Of a stretch of DNA of 64,000 nt, positions 62,688 through 64,000 are shown piece after piece (positions within the stretch are counted from its first letter, which is position 1; each line of letters opens with the position of its first letter). The notes below the pieces were generated by a model. The model worked only from the letters and a program-made list of their open reading frames with translations. It made no database searches and was not told the origin of the DNA. This DNA is from an uncultured delta proteobacterium. GTDB lineage: Bacteria; Desulfobacterota; Binatia; UBA9968. The stretch lies in assembly GCA_963745835.1 (NCBI GenBank), contig CAVUZH010000019.1:1-64000 (forward strand), read 5' to 3'. The position numbers and the translations under genes are program-made.

Positions 62688-64000
62688 TGCGCAGCGATGC
62701 TGTTTGCGTATTTTTGTTGCGCCGCCGGCACCCACCAGTCGATGGGCTTGAGCCCGTCGGGAAAAACTTCGACGCCTTGGAAACGACGATGCACCGCCGA
62801 AACGGTTTTTCGGACGTGAAGAAACGTGTAAGGCTGTTCGTCATGCAGGATTTTTTGAAATTCTTTGTACAGCTCAATGCGCTTTTGCGGGTCGAACTCG
62901 CGGCGGTACTGCTCCAGAATTTCATCCACGCGCGGGTTTTTGTAACTAATCGCATTGGACCCTTTATTGGCCGCTTGAGAAGAGTGCCAGACCTGGTAGG
63001 CATCGGGCTCGGTCGTCGACATCGCCCAACCCAGCACGACCGCGTCAAACTGATGATTCTTGACGTCGTTGAGAAATATCGTCCAGTCCAACTGACGCAC
63101 GCTCGCCGCGATGCCATGCTTGTTGAGCTCGTCCATGAGCACCAACGCGATGCTCTCCCGTACCGTATTTCCAGCGTTGATTTTGATTTCAAAACGCAGG
63201 GGAATTCGGGTGCCGTCGATCACCTTGTCAAGCAGGCCGTCGCCATCGGTGTCTTTCCAGCCGGCTTCATTGAGCAAGGCGAGCGCTTTTGCGGGATCGA
63301 AAGGATAACTCACTAGAGTTTTGTCGTATTCCGGCCGAAAAAGATAAATATGACTGTCCACTACCTCGCCCAAACCGAAGAGCACGGTATCGACGATTTG
63401 CTTGCGATTGGTGAGATACGTCATTGCCTGGCGCACTCGTTTGTCTCGAAATATCGGATGATCGTTATTCCAACCGATATACGTGTAGGTGGGCGCATAG
63501 TACTCGTACTTTTTGAATTGACGCCGGAATCGTTCACTGCTGGTGCCGCGCACAACCTGCACCGGCTGTAAAGTCTCCATATAGTCCAAACTGCCGCTCT
63601 TGAGGCGGGTGAGCGCCGCGTCCATATTGTTGACTACGCGAAATTTAAGTTTATCGACGTGCGGCTGGTCGATTCCTTCTTTACCGTTGCCCCAGTAATC
63701 TGTGTCGCGTGTCAGCTCGGTTTCACTGCCGGTTTTCCAGTGATTGAACTTATACGGTCCCGAGCCTAGCGGATTGCGGTTGTAATTACGGTTAAACAGG
63801 TCGGCAAATTTCTTTACCTCAGCGGGTAATTTCGTCGGATCTTGCGATAGCTGCCGCACCGTGATCGAGCGCAAAAGATTCTCTCGGTCGTAGTAATGAC
63901 GCGGCATCACGATCACTCCACCCAGCACACTCTCGTTTAAAAAATAGGGTTCTCTGATGAAGAATCGGATCGTATAAGGATCGAGCAGCTGAGCATCGGT
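62684..64000 (-). CDS. Peptide ABC transporter substrate-binding protein (family 5), 5' end outside the window
   Basis: PLGSGPYKF, FRDKRVRQAM, FDPAKALALL.EAGW, DPQKRIELY. Confidence 0.92.
   Translation of the reverse strand, partial: TDAQLLDPYTIRFFIREPYFLNESVLGGVIVMPRHYYDRENLLRSITVRQLSQDPTKLPAEVKKFADLFNRNYNRNPLGSGPYKFNHWKTGSETELTRDTDYWGNGKEGIDQPHVDKLKFRVVNNMDAALTRLKSGSLDYMETLQPVQVVRGTSSERFRRQFKKYEYYAPTYTYIGWNNDHPIFRDKRVRQAMTYLTNRKQIVDTVLFGLGEVVDSHIYLFRPEYDKTLVSYPFDPAKALALLNEAGWKDTDGDGLLDKVIDGTRIPLRFEIKINAGNTVRESIALVLMDELNKHGIAASVRQLDWTIFLNDVKNHQFDAVVLGWAMSTTEPDAYQVWHSSQAANKGSNAISYKNPRVDEILEQYRREFDPQKRIELYKEFQKILHDEQPYTFLHVRKTVSAVHRRFQGVEVFPDGLKPIDWWVPAAQQKYANSIAAQ

Overview
Gene-dense bacterial chromosomal window, mostly housekeeping genes with accessory islets. 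The repeated NMT1/SsuA-type solute-binding proteins, cupin dioxygenases and deltaproteobacterial-type core genes suggest Candidatus Binatia or a relative (inference only). Contents in order: a glycosylation cluster (GT2, GT4, SAM methyltransferase, two GT-C membrane transferases, DPM1-like GT2); GST, gentisate-dioxygenase-type cupin and a small Zn-finger ORF; tRNA-Ala(CGC), galU, dksA; rubrerythrin-DUF3501; alr-purH-purD-tsaC; a cNMP/MalT-like/SLC13 transporter convergent with phnD-phnC lacking phnE; ilvE, HU, ppx, trmFO, topA, dprA, der, era; a HExxH protein with a clamp-binding-like tail; a second gentisate-type cupin; a decayed integron cassette array without integrase (~40.7-42.3 kb); a MoxR/DUF58/triple-vWA operon; greA with a leader terminator; and a peptide ABC operon interrupted by three catabolic genes. 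Many genes, including the normally essential der, carry apparent single-base insertions, so most frameshifts are probably sequencing errors. All calls come from motif recognition by eye; no searches were run.
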